A stretch of 64,000 nt of DNA from the NCBI GenBank assembly GCA_963707985.1, contig CAVPRW010000011.1, positions 1-64,000 on the forward strand, written 5' to 3'. Each line of letters begins with the position of its first letter. Within the stretch, counting starts at the first letter, position 1. Of this stretch, positions 21,860 through 33,290 are shown one piece after another. The translations under genes and the position numbers were made by a program. Below the pieces are notes generated by a model, which searched no databases, had not been told where the DNA came from, and was given only the letters and a program-made list of their open reading frames with translations. The stretch comes from an uncultured Nitrospinota bacterium (GTDB taxonomy: Bacteria; Tectomicrobia; Entotheonellia; J063; CAVPRW01).

Positions 21860-22654
21860 CTATTCGATGACCACTAAGGGACGCATCATGTCGTGCTCTT
21901 CGTGTTCCAGGATGTGGCAGTGCCAGACATACTCATGGGCCGTCTTGCCAGCTGGGACGGTCACGCCAAGTCCGGGCTGATTCGCACTTGCCGCAGTCCT
22001 CGGCGTGGACGGGACGGTGAAAGGTACATCGGGGAGCTTGAACTGCGCGATTACCCGGGTGACCTCGCCGGGATTCATCCTGACGGTTTCCTTCCATCCC
22101 AACTCGTTGTTGTCGGGCGCACGGGCAGGTCCGAGGAACGACGGTGTACCGTTGTAGTTCGTTGCCCTGAACGGCTGCCGCGACAGGACCTGCACGTTGA
22201 TCAGGTGGAAATGGATCGGGTGGGTGTCGCCAGTGAGGTTGGCGATCTCCCAGACCTCGATAGCGCCTTCGTTGATCACCTCCGTGGTGGGATCGGTGTA
22301 TCCCCTGCCAAATCCCTTGCCCTTATTGACCAGGGGGACGTTGGTGCCCTCGATCTGGATCAGGCGGCCAAAGGCATCGAAAGTCTCGTTCAGAGTGAGA
22401 CTCCGGACGGTGACAGGAACGCCACCGATAGCTGTAGGCACCGGAGTCGGCACCCCAGGGGTTTGAGCAACCAGCAGCGGATCGATCCCCGGCGTGAGGT
22501 CCGTGGCCGGAGAGATACTCAGCGATGGATCACCACTCGTTGCCAGGTCTACATTGAACCGCATAATCTGCCGGGTGTGAGGACCAAACCCGGAAGAGGT
22601 GAGGGTCGGGTTCCGCGGGTTACCTGGGAAGTAGTCGTTGAGGACGACCACCAT
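21860..22654 (-). pseudogene. Multicopper oxidase C-terminal fragment
   Basis: HPIHFHL and YVWHCHILEHEEHDMM Cu motifs; N-terminal domains absent. Confidence 0.8.
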
Positions 22655-23176
22655 GCAAGGGACACTTGACAGGAGCGCTAGAACGGATAGCCTATCGACT
22701 TTTTGTGGCTGAGGTCATTAATAGCCAACATGTGTACCGCTCTATGCTGAAAAGGTTTAAGCGGCTGCCTACCGTCCAGTACGTGGCTTAGCCCGTCCAG
22801 CAGTGCGAGTACATACGCTACAAATGCCCTGTTCGCCTTGCTCTAACCGTTGCGAAGGGCAGCGGCTTTTTGTACGGAATGGAAAATGCTATGTCGATTG
22901 GCGGTATGAAGATGTAAGGTTCGACGACGTGGTTTGCCAAAGAAGCGAGCACGAGCATGTCCAGGACGCATGGCCCTACGCTCCCTTCTGGATGGGAACT
23001 TATAGAAAAATCTCAAAAAATCACGCCATAATACACACAAACGTACCTATTAGTCAAAAATATTCGCCGGTTAGACAGAAAAGACCGTCCAGCCCGATTC
23101 AACACAGGGTTGTAACCTTTCAGCTTCGGGCTAGCATCGCCTGGTTTAGTATGGGAGGGGTGGGTCACCACCGGCG

Positions 23177-25223
23177 TCAGTCGGCTGTCTTCACCCAGCA
23201 GCGTAGTATTTCCGCCACGCTCCAGGCCTGGGCCACGCATCCACGCGGCGTGAAAGGGGGTTCAGCATCGAAAATCTCGCTAATGGTACCAACACAGGCT
23301 TCCCCCAGGTGCGGCACGAAACCTTCGAGACATTGCCGCGCTTTGGTGCGCTCGGCCGGGTAGATGCGCAGCCACGCATCGATGAAGGGGCCGATGAGCC
23401 AGGGCCATACCGTTCCCTGGTGGTAAGCCGCGTCACGGGCGCGTATATCGCCAAAGTACTTGGGCTTATAATCCGCATGGTCTGGGGCAAGCGAGCGCAG
23501 CCCCACAGGGGTAAGCAGGCGCTGGCGTACGACGTCGAAAACGACCTGCCAAGAGGACTGCTCCAGAACGGGATGGCGGAGGGAGATGCTCAGTACTTGG
23601 TTGGGGCGGCAGGCCGTGTCATTTCCTTGTGGACCGTCGATCACGTCGTACAGATACCCCCCTTCAGCGTACCAGAAGCGCTGGTTGAAAGATGTGTACG
23701 CTTGTTCCGCCAATTCGGCCAAGCTCTTGGCGGCCTCGTCCCCCTGCTCTTCGCGGACCCAGCTCTCGAGTAGGCGTAGGGCGTTGTACCAAAGAGCATT
23801 GATCTCGACGGCTTTGCCGCGCCGCGGGGTCACCACCCAGTCGTCTACTTTGGCATCCATCCAGGTCAGTTGGTACCCTTCCTGACCCTGATGGAGCAAG
23901 CCATCCCGCGAATCCACCCCAATATTGAAGTGCGTCCCACGACGATGGTGTTCAATGATATCTATGAGCTTGGGAAGGATCAGCACGAGCGTGGCGCGAT
24001 CCCGGGTTAACTCGAGATAACGATCCAGCGCATGAAAGAACCAAAGCGTCGCATCGACGGTATGATAGAGGCCCTCGTTCTCCCCCTCCGGAAACAGATT
24101 CGGGATCAAACCGTCCCGGATGTAACGGGCAAAGGCTCGCAAAATCCAGCCCGCTTCGATATGGCGCCCACTCGTTAAAGTAAGCCCCTCGAGGCTGATC
24201 ATGGTGTCACGACCCCAGTCAGTGAACCAGTGGTAACCGGCGATGATACTGCGGACTTCGTCGCCGGCGGCGCGGGCCCGCGCCGTATCAGCCATACGGC
24301 CGGCGGGGGTGACAATGAATTGGTCGGTCGCCAGCACGAGCTCCGCGGCTGTCCCGACTTGCGCCTGAGGATGGGCTGAGGCGAGCAACCTTTGTCGCCG
24401 CCGACGTTCGGCCATGTGAGCCTCGTCGGCCTGCAGTGCAAGGATCGTGGTCCACGGTTCGGTAGAGGCCATCAAAGTCACCTTCTGACCGGGATGAAGC
24501 TCGGCGCTGAAATAGCCCGGGCTCCACAGGACGCCCTGGGACTCATAGCCCCGCTCCGCTTCGCTCCGGTAGAAAATGCTCTGCACCGTCTCTCGATTGA
24601 CGCTGAAGGCGCCATCGGCACTTTCCAGGAGCAGGCGCAGCGGTGGAAAGTCCGGCGAGGCAGAGATTTCGTAGCGCTCTCCGATGATCGTGAGTTGGTA
24701 TGCTTCCGTGGAAACGATCGCTGACTGGTGCGCTATGAGAACGAAAATATATCAATGGGCGCAGCTCCAACCGCACCGGGCCTGGTCCTGACAGCGCATC
24801 ATACGTTACGTGTATGGTGTTCTGCATGTGCACCATGAGCGCCCGTTTCTCCAAGCGTATACCTTGCACCTCATAGGACCAGATGGGCAGGCCGTGCTCC
24901 AGGCGAAACGCCGTCAGGTACTTTGCAGCAGGGAGCTCTTTGGCACTCTCCATGCCCTTGCCGCCGTTGATCTGCACGACCTCCCCATCCGGAAACCTGA
25001 GGACTTCGGCTATTTGACTGAGCATGACGATGCGACCCAGCGGCGCCGGCAGTGAAGCGATCAGCAGGCCGTGGTATCGGCGTGTCAGGATCCCGGAAAT
25101 GGTGCCGGATGCATACCCGCCCAGGCCGTTAGTCAACAACCACTCACGTGTGAGGAAAAGCTCGGGGTCGGCATCATGGACGTATGCATCGCGCCACGGC
25201 ATCCTGCGTATGACCTCATGCAT
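23177..25223 (-). CDS. Glycogen debranching enzyme (amylo-alpha-1,6-glucosidase), frameshifted near 24600-24710
   Basis: EWLLTNGLGGYAS, AGYHWFTDWGRDTMISL, LTWMDAK, YHQGTVWPW, QAWSVAE. Confidence 0.9.
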
Positions 25224-27172
25224 GCTGCATCTCCTTGCCTGCTGTGGGAATAAGAACGACAGCCGCCTCTCCGGGGATGTGCCAGTTGCTCTCAGTCTCC
25301 AGTGGCGGGGTCCCAGAGCCCCCGTAGCACGGATCCTCGCTGGACCAGAGGATCTTCCAACTGCAGGTTTTCTGGAGGAGCTAGCAGCGGTTCGGGAGCC
25401 GGATCAAACAATAAGTCGCGTCCCAGATTCATCACCAAGAGTCTATCATCACCGTCTTCCGCGAAGAAGCGCAGGACGAAGGCATCCGGTCCGAGCACCG
25501 CCCCATCGACCCCGCCAGGGCGTTGGCTGCTTAAGGCGGGATCCTGACGTCGCAATCGTAGCAGATCACGGTGTAACATGTAGGCCTCGGGATGTCGGTG
25601 GCGCTCAGAGAGATCGAGTCGCGAGCGCTCGAAGGTTTCAGGATCGCCAGGGTCAGGAAGCCGTGACTGGCATTTCCGGAACAAGCGATGCTGGAAAACT
25701 GGCTGAGAAATTCTGCACGACCACGACGGATGAGCGGCGCTAGATTTTCGTTGTGGTCAGCGAAATATAAGAAAGGGCTCGAGGCGGCGAACTCCTGTCC
25801 CTGAAACAGCATCGGCGTCCCCGGCCCAAGCAGCATCAGGGCCGTCATTGCCCTATAGCGGCCAGGGCTGGTTAGTTGATGACAGCGCAAACCAGAACGA
25901 GAGTTCGCCACCTGGTCATGATTTTGAATAAAAGTCACAAACGTGGCCGGCTTCAACCCAAATGTGGGGGTGCCACGGCGCTGCTTTTGCCACTTGTACC
26001 ATTGTCCCTGGTAAAGATAACCCCCATTTCAGAGCCGAGATAAACTCCTGAGGCGTGCCGCGATAATCCGTATAGTATGCCTCATTGTGGCTGGTAAGGG
26101 CAACCATGGCGCTGTGATGAAAGTCATCGTTCCACAGGGCATCGAATCCATAGCCACCCTGAACCGGCGATCGTACAAGCCTGGTGTGCTGCGGCTCGTT
26201 CTCCGCCACCAGCACGGTCGCACGTCCCCGGCCAGACCGCCGTACCTGCTGGGCGATCGCCGCAAGAATGTGCACGGACGATTGGTCATAGATATCCTGT
26301 GTCGCATCGAGGCGTAACCCATCGAAGTGAAATTCATCGATCCAATACCCAGCATTGGCAACAAAGAACTCGCGCACGGGTCCCGAATGCTCCCCGTCGA
26401 AATTGATGGCTGAACCCCAATCGGTGGTATAGCGGTCGGTGAAATAGTCTGGCGAGAACTGTATTAAATAGTTTCCATCCGGCCCCACATGGTTATAGAC
26501 GACATCGAGGATGACCCCTAGCCCAAGCGCATGGGCACGGTCGACAAAGCGGCGACAATCGTCTGGCGAACCGTATAGGTGCGAGGGAGCAAAAAGATCG
26601 ACACCATCGTAACCCCAGCCATAACGCCCAGCGAAATCGGCAATGGGCATTACCTCAATCAGGGTAACGCCCAGTTCCGCCAACTCCGGGAGCTCTTGGC
26701 TGGCAGCTTCCCAGGTACCCTCTGGCGTAAAGGTGCCAAGGTGCATCTCGTAGATCACTTGTCCCTCGAGGTGAACGCCTGACCATGATTGATCAGTCCA
26801 TGGGAATGTGTGAGGATCAACGATCTGGGACGGCCCATGTGGCCCATGCGGCTGAAAACGCGAGGCGGGGTCCGGATATAAATCCTCCTGATCATCTAAT
26901 CTATAGCGATAGAGCATGCCAGTGCTCGCTGAAGGTATCACCCCGGAAAAATAACCGTTGCCCTCGGGCATCAACGTCGCTGTTACTAGCGGGGCTCCGG
27001 GATTTTCATTGCTCTCGATACAGACTGTAATGCGCTGACAGCAGCTGGCCCAGACGCGGAAATGCACCCCTCCTGGTTGGAGCACTTCTGCACCGACCGG
27101 AAGTCGACGCCTCATGGAGATATCAAGATTACAAGGTATCAGTCTGCCTGACTCCTTCTCGCCCAATGCCAT
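25216..27172 (-). CDS. treZ: Malto-oligosyltrehalose trehalohydrolase (GH13), several frameshifts
   Basis: PDPASRFQP, WGYDGV, DVVYNH, DGLRLDA, WNDDFHH, QNHDQ, PMLFQGQE. Confidence 0.9.
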
Positions 27173-27350
27173 TGTGGCCTCCCTCAAGAGTTTGCTGCCA
27201 TCCTACGCTTCGCTGCACCGATTGGTGAATGTCACGTCCACCTCAGTGCGGGCTTCAAGCCAACCCTCTGGTAGACGCGCACGGCTGTCAGGACCTTCAA
27301 CGGTGGAAAGAAGGGAATAGAGGTGCTCGAGCCCAAAAGGACTGAGATAG

Positions 27351-27365
27351 GCAAACTCAATGCCA
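27351..27365 (-). promoter_or_regulatory. sigma54 -24/-12 promoter for treZ operon
   Basis: TGGCAT-TGAGT-TTGC on the minus strand. Confidence 0.75.
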
Positions 27366-27517
27366 GCTGCCCATCCTCGGAGTCTTCTGGGTCAAAGAGG
27401 GCAGTGCGGCGTATAGGGAGGTATTGATAGAGGATGCTCTACAGAGAAGGTCAGCGTAGCGGTATTTGAATCAAGCGACACAGACTCAGAGGTAGATCAA
27501 GCTTCACTATGGAGCTC

Positions 27518-27644
27518 TCTCATAATGAGATACAAGAGGGCTACTCGGCTTATGCTGCCACATCTTGACTGTCCACCTAGGACAGGTCCCCTCCAGACAT
27601 AGCACACACGCGAGGTAAACCTCAGTTCGTTTCTCAGATTGAGA
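27518..27644. promoter_or_regulatory. Two TCTCA-N3-TGAGA palindromes (candidate enhancer sites) between divergent sigma54 promoters
   Basis: TCTCATAATGAGA at 27518-27530; TCTCAGATTGAGA at 27632-27644. Confidence 0.7.
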
Positions 27645-27809
27645 GAGTGAGCGTCCGCAGCGCGGGTCGATGCTGATCTAATTGGGAAGTTAGACTTCCC
27701 AGGTGTACCCCCTGACAGATTCCATTTCAAAGGTGTCCTCCTTCCCCATTAGGCTTGAACCGGTCATGAAAGCGATTTGAAGACACCAAAGTCTGCCTCC
27801 ACACGCGGA

Positions 27810-27824
27810 TGGCACCAACTTTGC
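27810..27824 (+). promoter_or_regulatory. sigma54 promoter for the metallothionein-like/csbD cluster
   Basis: TGGCAC-CAACT-TTGC, a perfect consensus match. Confidence 0.8.
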
Positions 27825-27930
27825 TCTGCTCGTTAGACAGTCGCCATTGGAAATGTACAGATGTGAGATGAAGCAAATAATCACACTGAAGTTTCTCTAA
27901 TAGACCGCTTTTTTCCATGGAGGTATTTTT

Positions 27931-28125
27931 ATGATCAAAAATAAACAAAATACCTCAATAATTATTGAGGGGATATGCGTTGGATGTGGAATGCATCACA
28001 ACAGCTGGAGTGCCAATAATGCAAGAGGCTATTTGAAAGGAGGGGAAATATATTGTTGTCAAGATTGTGCTGACGCTATCGAATGTAGATGTGGTTTATT
28101 GTATGTCTATAGCATCAGTATCTGA
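27931..28125 (+). CDS. Small Cys-rich metallothionein-like protein
   Basis: GGAGG RBS; CVGC..HH..YCCQDCA..CRC (7 Cys). Confidence 0.6.
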   Translation: MIKNKQNTSIIIEGICVGCGMHHNSWSANNARGYLKGGEIYCCQDCADAIECRCGLLYVYSISI

Positions 28126-28243
28126 TCTTGTAACTTTTCTCAGTCGTCAATTGCTATCGATTAATCCGTTCAGAATCACCAGTGAACGCATAGCAGGTAA
28201 TCGAATATACAGCGTCCCACGAATGAAACCAGGAGGATGACAC

Positions 28244-28774
28244 GTGAATACAGATACCTTTGAAGGACAATGGCGGCAAATGCGGGGAGACCTACGATCG
28301 TGGTGGGGTAAGCTCTCGGAAAATGACTTCGAGAAGATCTCCGGGAAAAAAGATCGGCTGATCGGCATGCTTCAAGAGAAATATGGTTATACCCGCGAAG
28401 CAGCCCAACAAGAAATCGATCGCCGTTTTAGGGAATATGATGAGCGGACGCGCACCTCTACCGCAACTCAGAAGTCTGGTAAGACAGAGGAGGGCGGGCA
28501 TGATAACGGAAGCCTCCAACCCATGAGCGCCGTTGGCGAAGGGATCGGTTCGTTAGCGGATACTATTCGAGAGAAAGCGCCTCATGAAGGGGCGGTGGGA
28601 ACGGCAGCGACCGCAGTGGCGGAAAAACTCGATGTAGCCGGCTCGTATTTAAAGGAGAAGGATCTGAATCGTGTGATGGGCGACGTCTCTAGCATAATTC
28701 GTCGTTACCCTGTCCCATCGCTACTCATCGGGCTTGGGATTGGCTATCTTTTGGCTCGAAGCGCGCGGAGGTAA
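28244..28774 (+). CDS. CsbD-family stress protein with C-terminal membrane anchor
   Basis: EGQWRQMRGDLRSWWGKLSEND..GMLQEKYG; IRRYPVPSLLIGLGIGYLLA tail. Confidence 0.85.
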   Translation: MNTDTFEGQWRQMRGDLRSWWGKLSENDFEKISGKKDRLIGMLQEKYGYTREAAQQEIDRRFREYDERTRTSTATQKSGKTEEGGHDNGSLQPMSAVGEGIGSLADTIREKAPHEGAVGTAATAVAEKLDVAGSYLKEKDLNRVMGDVSSIIRRYPVPSLLIGLGIGYLLARSARR

Positions 28775-28780
28775 CGGCTG

Positions 28781-29197
28781 GTGAATAGCGCCTCTCATAA
28801 CTCAGAACCGACTTTGGCCCAATTGGTCAGCGGATTGATGAGCGATGCGACATTGCTCATACAGCAAGAACTGGCACTGGCCAAATATGAACTTTATGAG
28901 GAGGCTCGTAAAACCAAAGCGGCGGCAGCAGCTCTGGGGGCTGGGATTGGCATAGCGGCCATTGGCGGATTGCTGCTGATTATCATGCTGGTACATGTAT
29001 TGAGAGAACTGACAGAATGGCCGCTCTGGACCTGCTACGGCATTGTGGGGGGTATCTGCACTATAGCTGGCGTTACATTGCTGTATAGAGGGAAACAACA
29101 GATATCCCAAATTGACATCGTCCCACAAAAAACCATGGAAACGATGAAGGAGAATGTCAAATGGTTCAAAAGGAAAGCAGCCTTGAAAGAGATATAG
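28781..29197 (+). CDS. Phage-holin-like (DUF1469-type) membrane protein
   Basis: LIQQELALAKYEL, two TM segments, PQKTMETMKEN. Confidence 0.75.
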   Translation: MNSASHNSEPTLAQLVSGLMSDATLLIQQELALAKYELYEEARKTKAAAAALGAGIGIAAIGGLLLIIMLVHVLRELTEWPLWTCYGIVGGICTIAGVTLLYRGKQQISQIDIVPQKTMETMKENVKWFKRKAALKEI

Positions 29198-30012
29198 AGG
29201 ATACCCGAGCTGTCATGACCGAAAAGATTGATATGATTGAAAATCGTATGAACGAGACAATGGAGGGGACAAAGTCCACAATAAATAATGTCATGGAGAA
29301 AGTCAAAGGTGTACAAGAAACCATTGACAGTACAAAATCGACAATTGACAGTATCCTTGACACCATTAAAAGCACGATGGAGGAGACGATAGAGCGAGTT
29401 AAGTATACATCAACTGTTATCGAACAAGTGGATCAAAATCCATGGATTATGTTAGGTAGTGCGGTCCTAACCGGATATGTCCTCGGTGGTCTAAATGAGG
29501 GAGGAGCCCAGGAAAGAGTCTCACCTAAACAGCAGTATATTTCCGAAAAAAATGGTACCACAATAGGAACGATAGACAAATCTATCGACGTCAATACGCC
29601 ACTACGAACAACCTATAACCAATGGACGAAATTCGATGAGTTTCCCCGCTTTATGGAAGGTGTAGATTCCGTCAAACAGCTTGATGATACAACACTGCTG
29701 TGGGTGGCGAACGTTGATGGGATACGTAAAGAATGGGGAGTTCGAATTACCGAACAAGTCCCAGATCATCATATTGCTTGGCGTAGCGAAGGTGGGGACT
29801 TTAGGAGAGGAGTAGTGTCATTTGAGGCGTTAGGCCCTAATAAAACGCGTGTGACAGTACAGGTGAATTATGAGCCAAAAAGCCTGAAGGAAAAAATTGG
29901 TGACATGCTCGGAATAGTCTCACGTCGCGTGCAAGGTGACCTAACGCGCTTCAAAGATTTGATCGAGTCAAAGGGCCATGAAACTGGGGCGCAGCGTGGC
30001 ACCGTGCGATAG
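29161..30012 (+). CDS. DUF3618-like coiled coil fused to SRPBCC (polyketide cyclase-like) domain
   Basis: LERDIEDTRAVMTEKI; YNQWTKFDEFPRFMEGV..ITEQVPD..IAWRS..GDLTRFK. Confidence 0.75.
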   Translation: MVQKESSLERDIEDTRAVMTEKIDMIENRMNETMEGTKSTINNVMEKVKGVQETIDSTKSTIDSILDTIKSTMEETIERVKYTSTVIEQVDQNPWIMLGSAVLTGYVLGGLNEGGAQERVSPKQQYISEKNGTTIGTIDKSIDVNTPLRTTYNQWTKFDEFPRFMEGVDSVKQLDDTTLLWVANVDGIRKEWGVRITEQVPDHHIAWRSEGGDFRRGVVSFEALGPNKTRVTVQVNYEPKSLKEKIGDMLGIVSRRVQGDLTRFKDLIESKGHETGAQRGTVR

Positions 30013-30077
30013 CCTCGTCAAAGAAGATAACCTGCGCACGGGAACGGCAGTCTAAATAAGAAGGAGGGGAAATTGCC

Positions 30078-30260
30078 ATGGCAACCACCGCCGCTGACGC
30101 CTTGATCGATGCCCTCTGTGCTTGGGGATGGGGCTACTGGTCATACCATCGATGATCCTCTAGCGTGTGGTCTAACCCTTGATAGGGCGCTTTAGACTCC
30201 TGGGCCAGTATTGGTGGAGGGGATCGTCGATCGCTTCGAATCGCCAAGGTTGAAAAGGAG
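30078..30260 (+). pseudogene. Pyruvate oxidase-like TPP enzyme relic: N-terminus joined to C-terminus
   Basis: MATTAADALIDALCAWG followed directly by TIDDP..AL*TPGPVLVEGIVD. Confidence 0.6.
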
Positions 30261-30540
30261 GGAGATGATGCCGGTAAATTCAGCGATGATCAGGAAGGTG
30301 ACATCTATAGCGCGGAGATGTCGCTTAGCCACAGCTATTTGACGCTGCATCTGGCGTCCTCTGTGACCTTGGCGGCATCACGTGCGGGCAGGCCGGGCTG
30401 TGTAGCGGGGGGGCTGCACAGGCCGGCCTTGTCCCTCCTAGACTTATAAGGCATACAAGAACAAGCCTTCGCGTAACCAATATAGCGTTATGACCAACGG
30501 ATAACATATGACCAACGGATCTCAGAAGGGAGTCATCTTG

Positions 30541-30945
30541 ATGCTTGGACCGCATTTCGAATCAGAACAGGTCGATCCCATGCTGCGCCAGATCTATGAA
30601 GGCATGGCAGTCCACGATCAGACAGGCCATAGGATCGGCACGGTAGAGTATGTATATCTCGGCGAGGTGGCAGAATCTCCTGAAGGCTGGGGCTATGATG
30701 AGAGGACTGCTTCGCCCCTTAGCAACCCTGAAACATCGCTCCTTGAGGAATTCGCCATGGCCATTCTGCTTACCGAACAGGTTTCCGACATCTGGCGCGA
30801 ACGGCTTTTGTCGTATGGCTTCATTAGGATCAACAGCTCTGGGCTCTTCACTTCGAATGGCTATGTACTGCCCTCGCAGATCGCCGGCGTAGCCGATGAG
30901 CGGGTTCTGTTATACGTCGATCGCGACGAGTTGCTTAGCGTCTAA
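30541..30945 (+). CDS. Hypothetical protein, PRC-barrel-like
   Basis: IYEGMAVHDQTGHRIGTVEYV..YVLPSQIAGVADERVLL. Confidence 0.6.
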   Translation: MLGPHFESEQVDPMLRQIYEGMAVHDQTGHRIGTVEYVYLGEVAESPEGWGYDERTASPLSNPETSLLEEFAMAILLTEQVSDIWRERLLSYGFIRINSSGLFTSNGYVLPSQIAGVADERVLLYVDRDELLSV

Positions 30946-31149
30946 AAGCGCGCTCCCTGCATCACAGCCCTTGCTATTCGTCAAAGGCCATTCTCGGTTC
31001 CGGAGAATAGCCGTACTGCACATCGATCCGTGCCACCTTGATCGGTCCTGAATACGTATATTGAATGCTAAGTCGTCCTTGTACTCTCTTGAACGTATAG
31101 TAGCGTAGGATAGCTGAGCCAACACCGACATGGACCACAAAGGGGGATC

Positions 31150-31476
31150 ATGACTCAACAGCGCGAAGGATCGATGCTAGCAGCATTCGGGTGGATGCTT
31201 GTGCTGTCGATTACGCTGGGTATTGTATTGCCAACGATTGGCCCTTTTATCGCTGGCCTGGTCGGCGGTGCAAAAGCCGGAACTGTCAAAAATGCGCTCT
31301 TAGCTGCCCTCCTGCCCGCTTTACTGGCGGGTATCGTCGTGGCTTTGCTCTCCACGTTGCTTATCGGTCTCCCGATTATTGGCATTCTGTTCGGTCTATC
31401 AGTCATTGCTATCGTCGTCTTAAACATTCTAGGACTCCTGTTCGGTGCGTTGCTGGGTGCACTTTTTCTTGGATGA
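31150..31476 (+). CDS. Small membrane protein
   Basis: 108 aa, hydrophobic, PTIGPFIAGLVGG motif. Confidence 0.65.
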   Translation: MTQQREGSMLAAFGWMLVLSITLGIVLPTIGPFIAGLVGGAKAGTVKNALLAALLPALLAGIVVALLSTLLIGLPIIGILFGLSVIAIVVLNILGLLFGALLGALFLG

Positions 31477-31557
31477 TGTGACTGTCATTAGGAGGAAACA
31501 GACATACACGCAAGGGAGAGAGGCTCGCCATGAGAAGGCGATGGTGGGTTTGGCGCC

Positions 31558-31611
31558 ATTCAATTTGAGAATAATAGGACCTCAGCTGCTGTATTCCCTC
31601 TCAATATGAAA
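31558..31611. promoter_or_regulatory. Pair of candidate enhancer palindromes
   Basis: ATTCAATTTGAGA at 31558; TCTCAATATGAAA at 31599. Confidence 0.55.
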
Positions 31612-31776
31612 GGCTCTCTTGCATGTCATGGGGCGCCTCCTACGACAGTGGTGTGAGCTTGCGAGCGCGACTGCTATCCGAAATGCCTACCCATAACGTC
31701 TGAATAGGCTGCATTCCATCTCCACGCTTCCGTGGGGTGCGTGAGCAAATTATTTCCCGGCTAGATTCTTGGCGAC

Positions 31777-31791
31777 GGGCACAGAGTTTGC
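31777..31791 (+). promoter_or_regulatory. sigma54 promoter for glycosyltransferase-malQ
   Basis: GGGCAC-AGAGT-TTGC. Confidence 0.7.
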
Positions 31792-31884
31792 TTCGCACCC
31801 ATGGCGCCACTCGATGAGATGAGAACTGATACGGGTCTAGGACTGAATCCATGCGTTCGACCACCAGAGATGAAAGGAACCCCC

Positions 31885-33246
31885 ATGCAATTTCATATCC
31901 TCTCTTTTGAAGGCCCCGACCCCTATGCCTGTGCCGGTGGCCTTGCCAGTCGCATCAATGGTTTGATTCATAGCCTTGCTGAGGTCGGTTTTCAGGCGCA
32001 TCTCTGGTTTGTTGGTGATCCTCAGCTGGCGGGCCATGAAACACAGGGCCAGCTCCATCTCCATCGCTGGTGTCAGTGGATCAGTCAATATCATCCCTCC
32101 GGTGTCTATGAGGGTGAAGAGGGGAAACGTGTCGATTATGCCACGTCACTCCCTCCATTTCTTTGTGACGAGCTGCTTCTACCTCATCTGCTGCAGGGCA
32201 AGCGTGCTGTCGTCCTGGCTGAGGAATGGCATACGGTCGATGCCGTAATCCATCTGGATTGGCTGCTGCGTATGGCTGGAGTCCGCCACCAGGTCAAGAT
32301 CTTCTGGAACGCGAATAATACCTTCGCCTTTAAGCGCATCGATTGGGGGCAGCTGGCCCAGGCAGCGACCATCACGACGGTGAGCCGCTACATGAAGCAC
32401 TTGATGCAAGGGTTTGGCGTGAATCCACTGGTAATTCCCAACGGCCTGTCGACGGATACGTTAATTCCTCCGGAACGCGAGGCCGTCGCAGCCTTTAAAT
32501 CACACCTAAGGGGACGCACGGTGGTCAGCAAAGTCGCTCGCTGGGACCCGGACAAAAGTTGGCTTTTGGCAATTGATACGGTAGGCGCGATGAAACGCAT
32601 CGGTTGGCGACCGCTGCTCATCGCTCGGGGTGGGGTTGAGCCCTATGGGGCTGAAGTGCTATCGGCTGCGTCCCGTACCGGGCTGCGAATAGCCAACCGG
32701 CGGCTCTGCCAACCGGGTGTTCGTGGTTTAATGCAGGCGCTCGAGGGGTTGGAGGAAGTCGATATGGTCAATCTGTCTTCGACGATAGATCCCGAGAGTC
32801 GTCTCGTGCTCTTCCACAGTGCCGCTGCTGTGCTCGCCAACAGTCACCACGAACCCTTTGGGCTTGTGGGCCTTGAGACTATGGCCGCCGGGGGCGTGGC
32901 ATGTATTGGCTCTACAGGCGAGGATTATGCGGTACCTGGCCACAACGCTCTAGCACTCGAAACGAATGACCCTCAGGAGTTTCTTGACTTATTCGACACG
33001 TTGCGTCTCAATCCAATCATGGATCGGGCTTTGCGGAGGGCTGGGCGGGTTACGGCCCAGCATTATACCTGGTCGCAGATCATGCACCGTATTCTCCTCC
33101 CTCGTCTGCATCTGATGGCATGTTCACCGAATGGGACGAAGACGGTGAAGCGTGAGCCGGGGAAAAGGATACCTCAATTGCGGCCCACCACGAATCAACA
33201 AACCATCATACTCGCATCAGCCGAAGGTGGGGCCCCAGCTGCTTAA
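31885..33246 (+). CDS. Glycosyltransferase family 4
   Basis: AGGLASR, VIPNG, ARWDPDK, HEPFGLVGLETMAAG. Confidence 0.85.
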   Translation: MQFHILSFEGPDPYACAGGLASRINGLIHSLAEVGFQAHLWFVGDPQLAGHETQGQLHLHRWCQWISQYHPSGVYEGEEGKRVDYATSLPPFLCDELLLPHLLQGKRAVVLAEEWHTVDAVIHLDWLLRMAGVRHQVKIFWNANNTFAFKRIDWGQLAQAATITTVSRYMKHLMQGFGVNPLVIPNGLSTDTLIPPEREAVAAFKSHLRGRTVVSKVARWDPDKSWLLAIDTVGAMKRIGWRPLLIARGGVEPYGAEVLSAASRTGLRIANRRLCQPGVRGLMQALEGLEEVDMVNLSSTIDPESRLVLFHSAAAVLANSHHEPFGLVGLETMAAGGVACIGSTGEDYAVPGHNALALETNDPQEFLDLFDTLRLNPIMDRALRRAGRVTAQHYTWSQIMHRILLPRLHLMACSPNGTKTVKREPGKRIPQLRPTTNQQTIILASAEGGAPAA

Positions 33247-33290
33247 CGGCGAGAAGCAATATACGCCGATCGAGGGAAGGAGGGAGGAAA

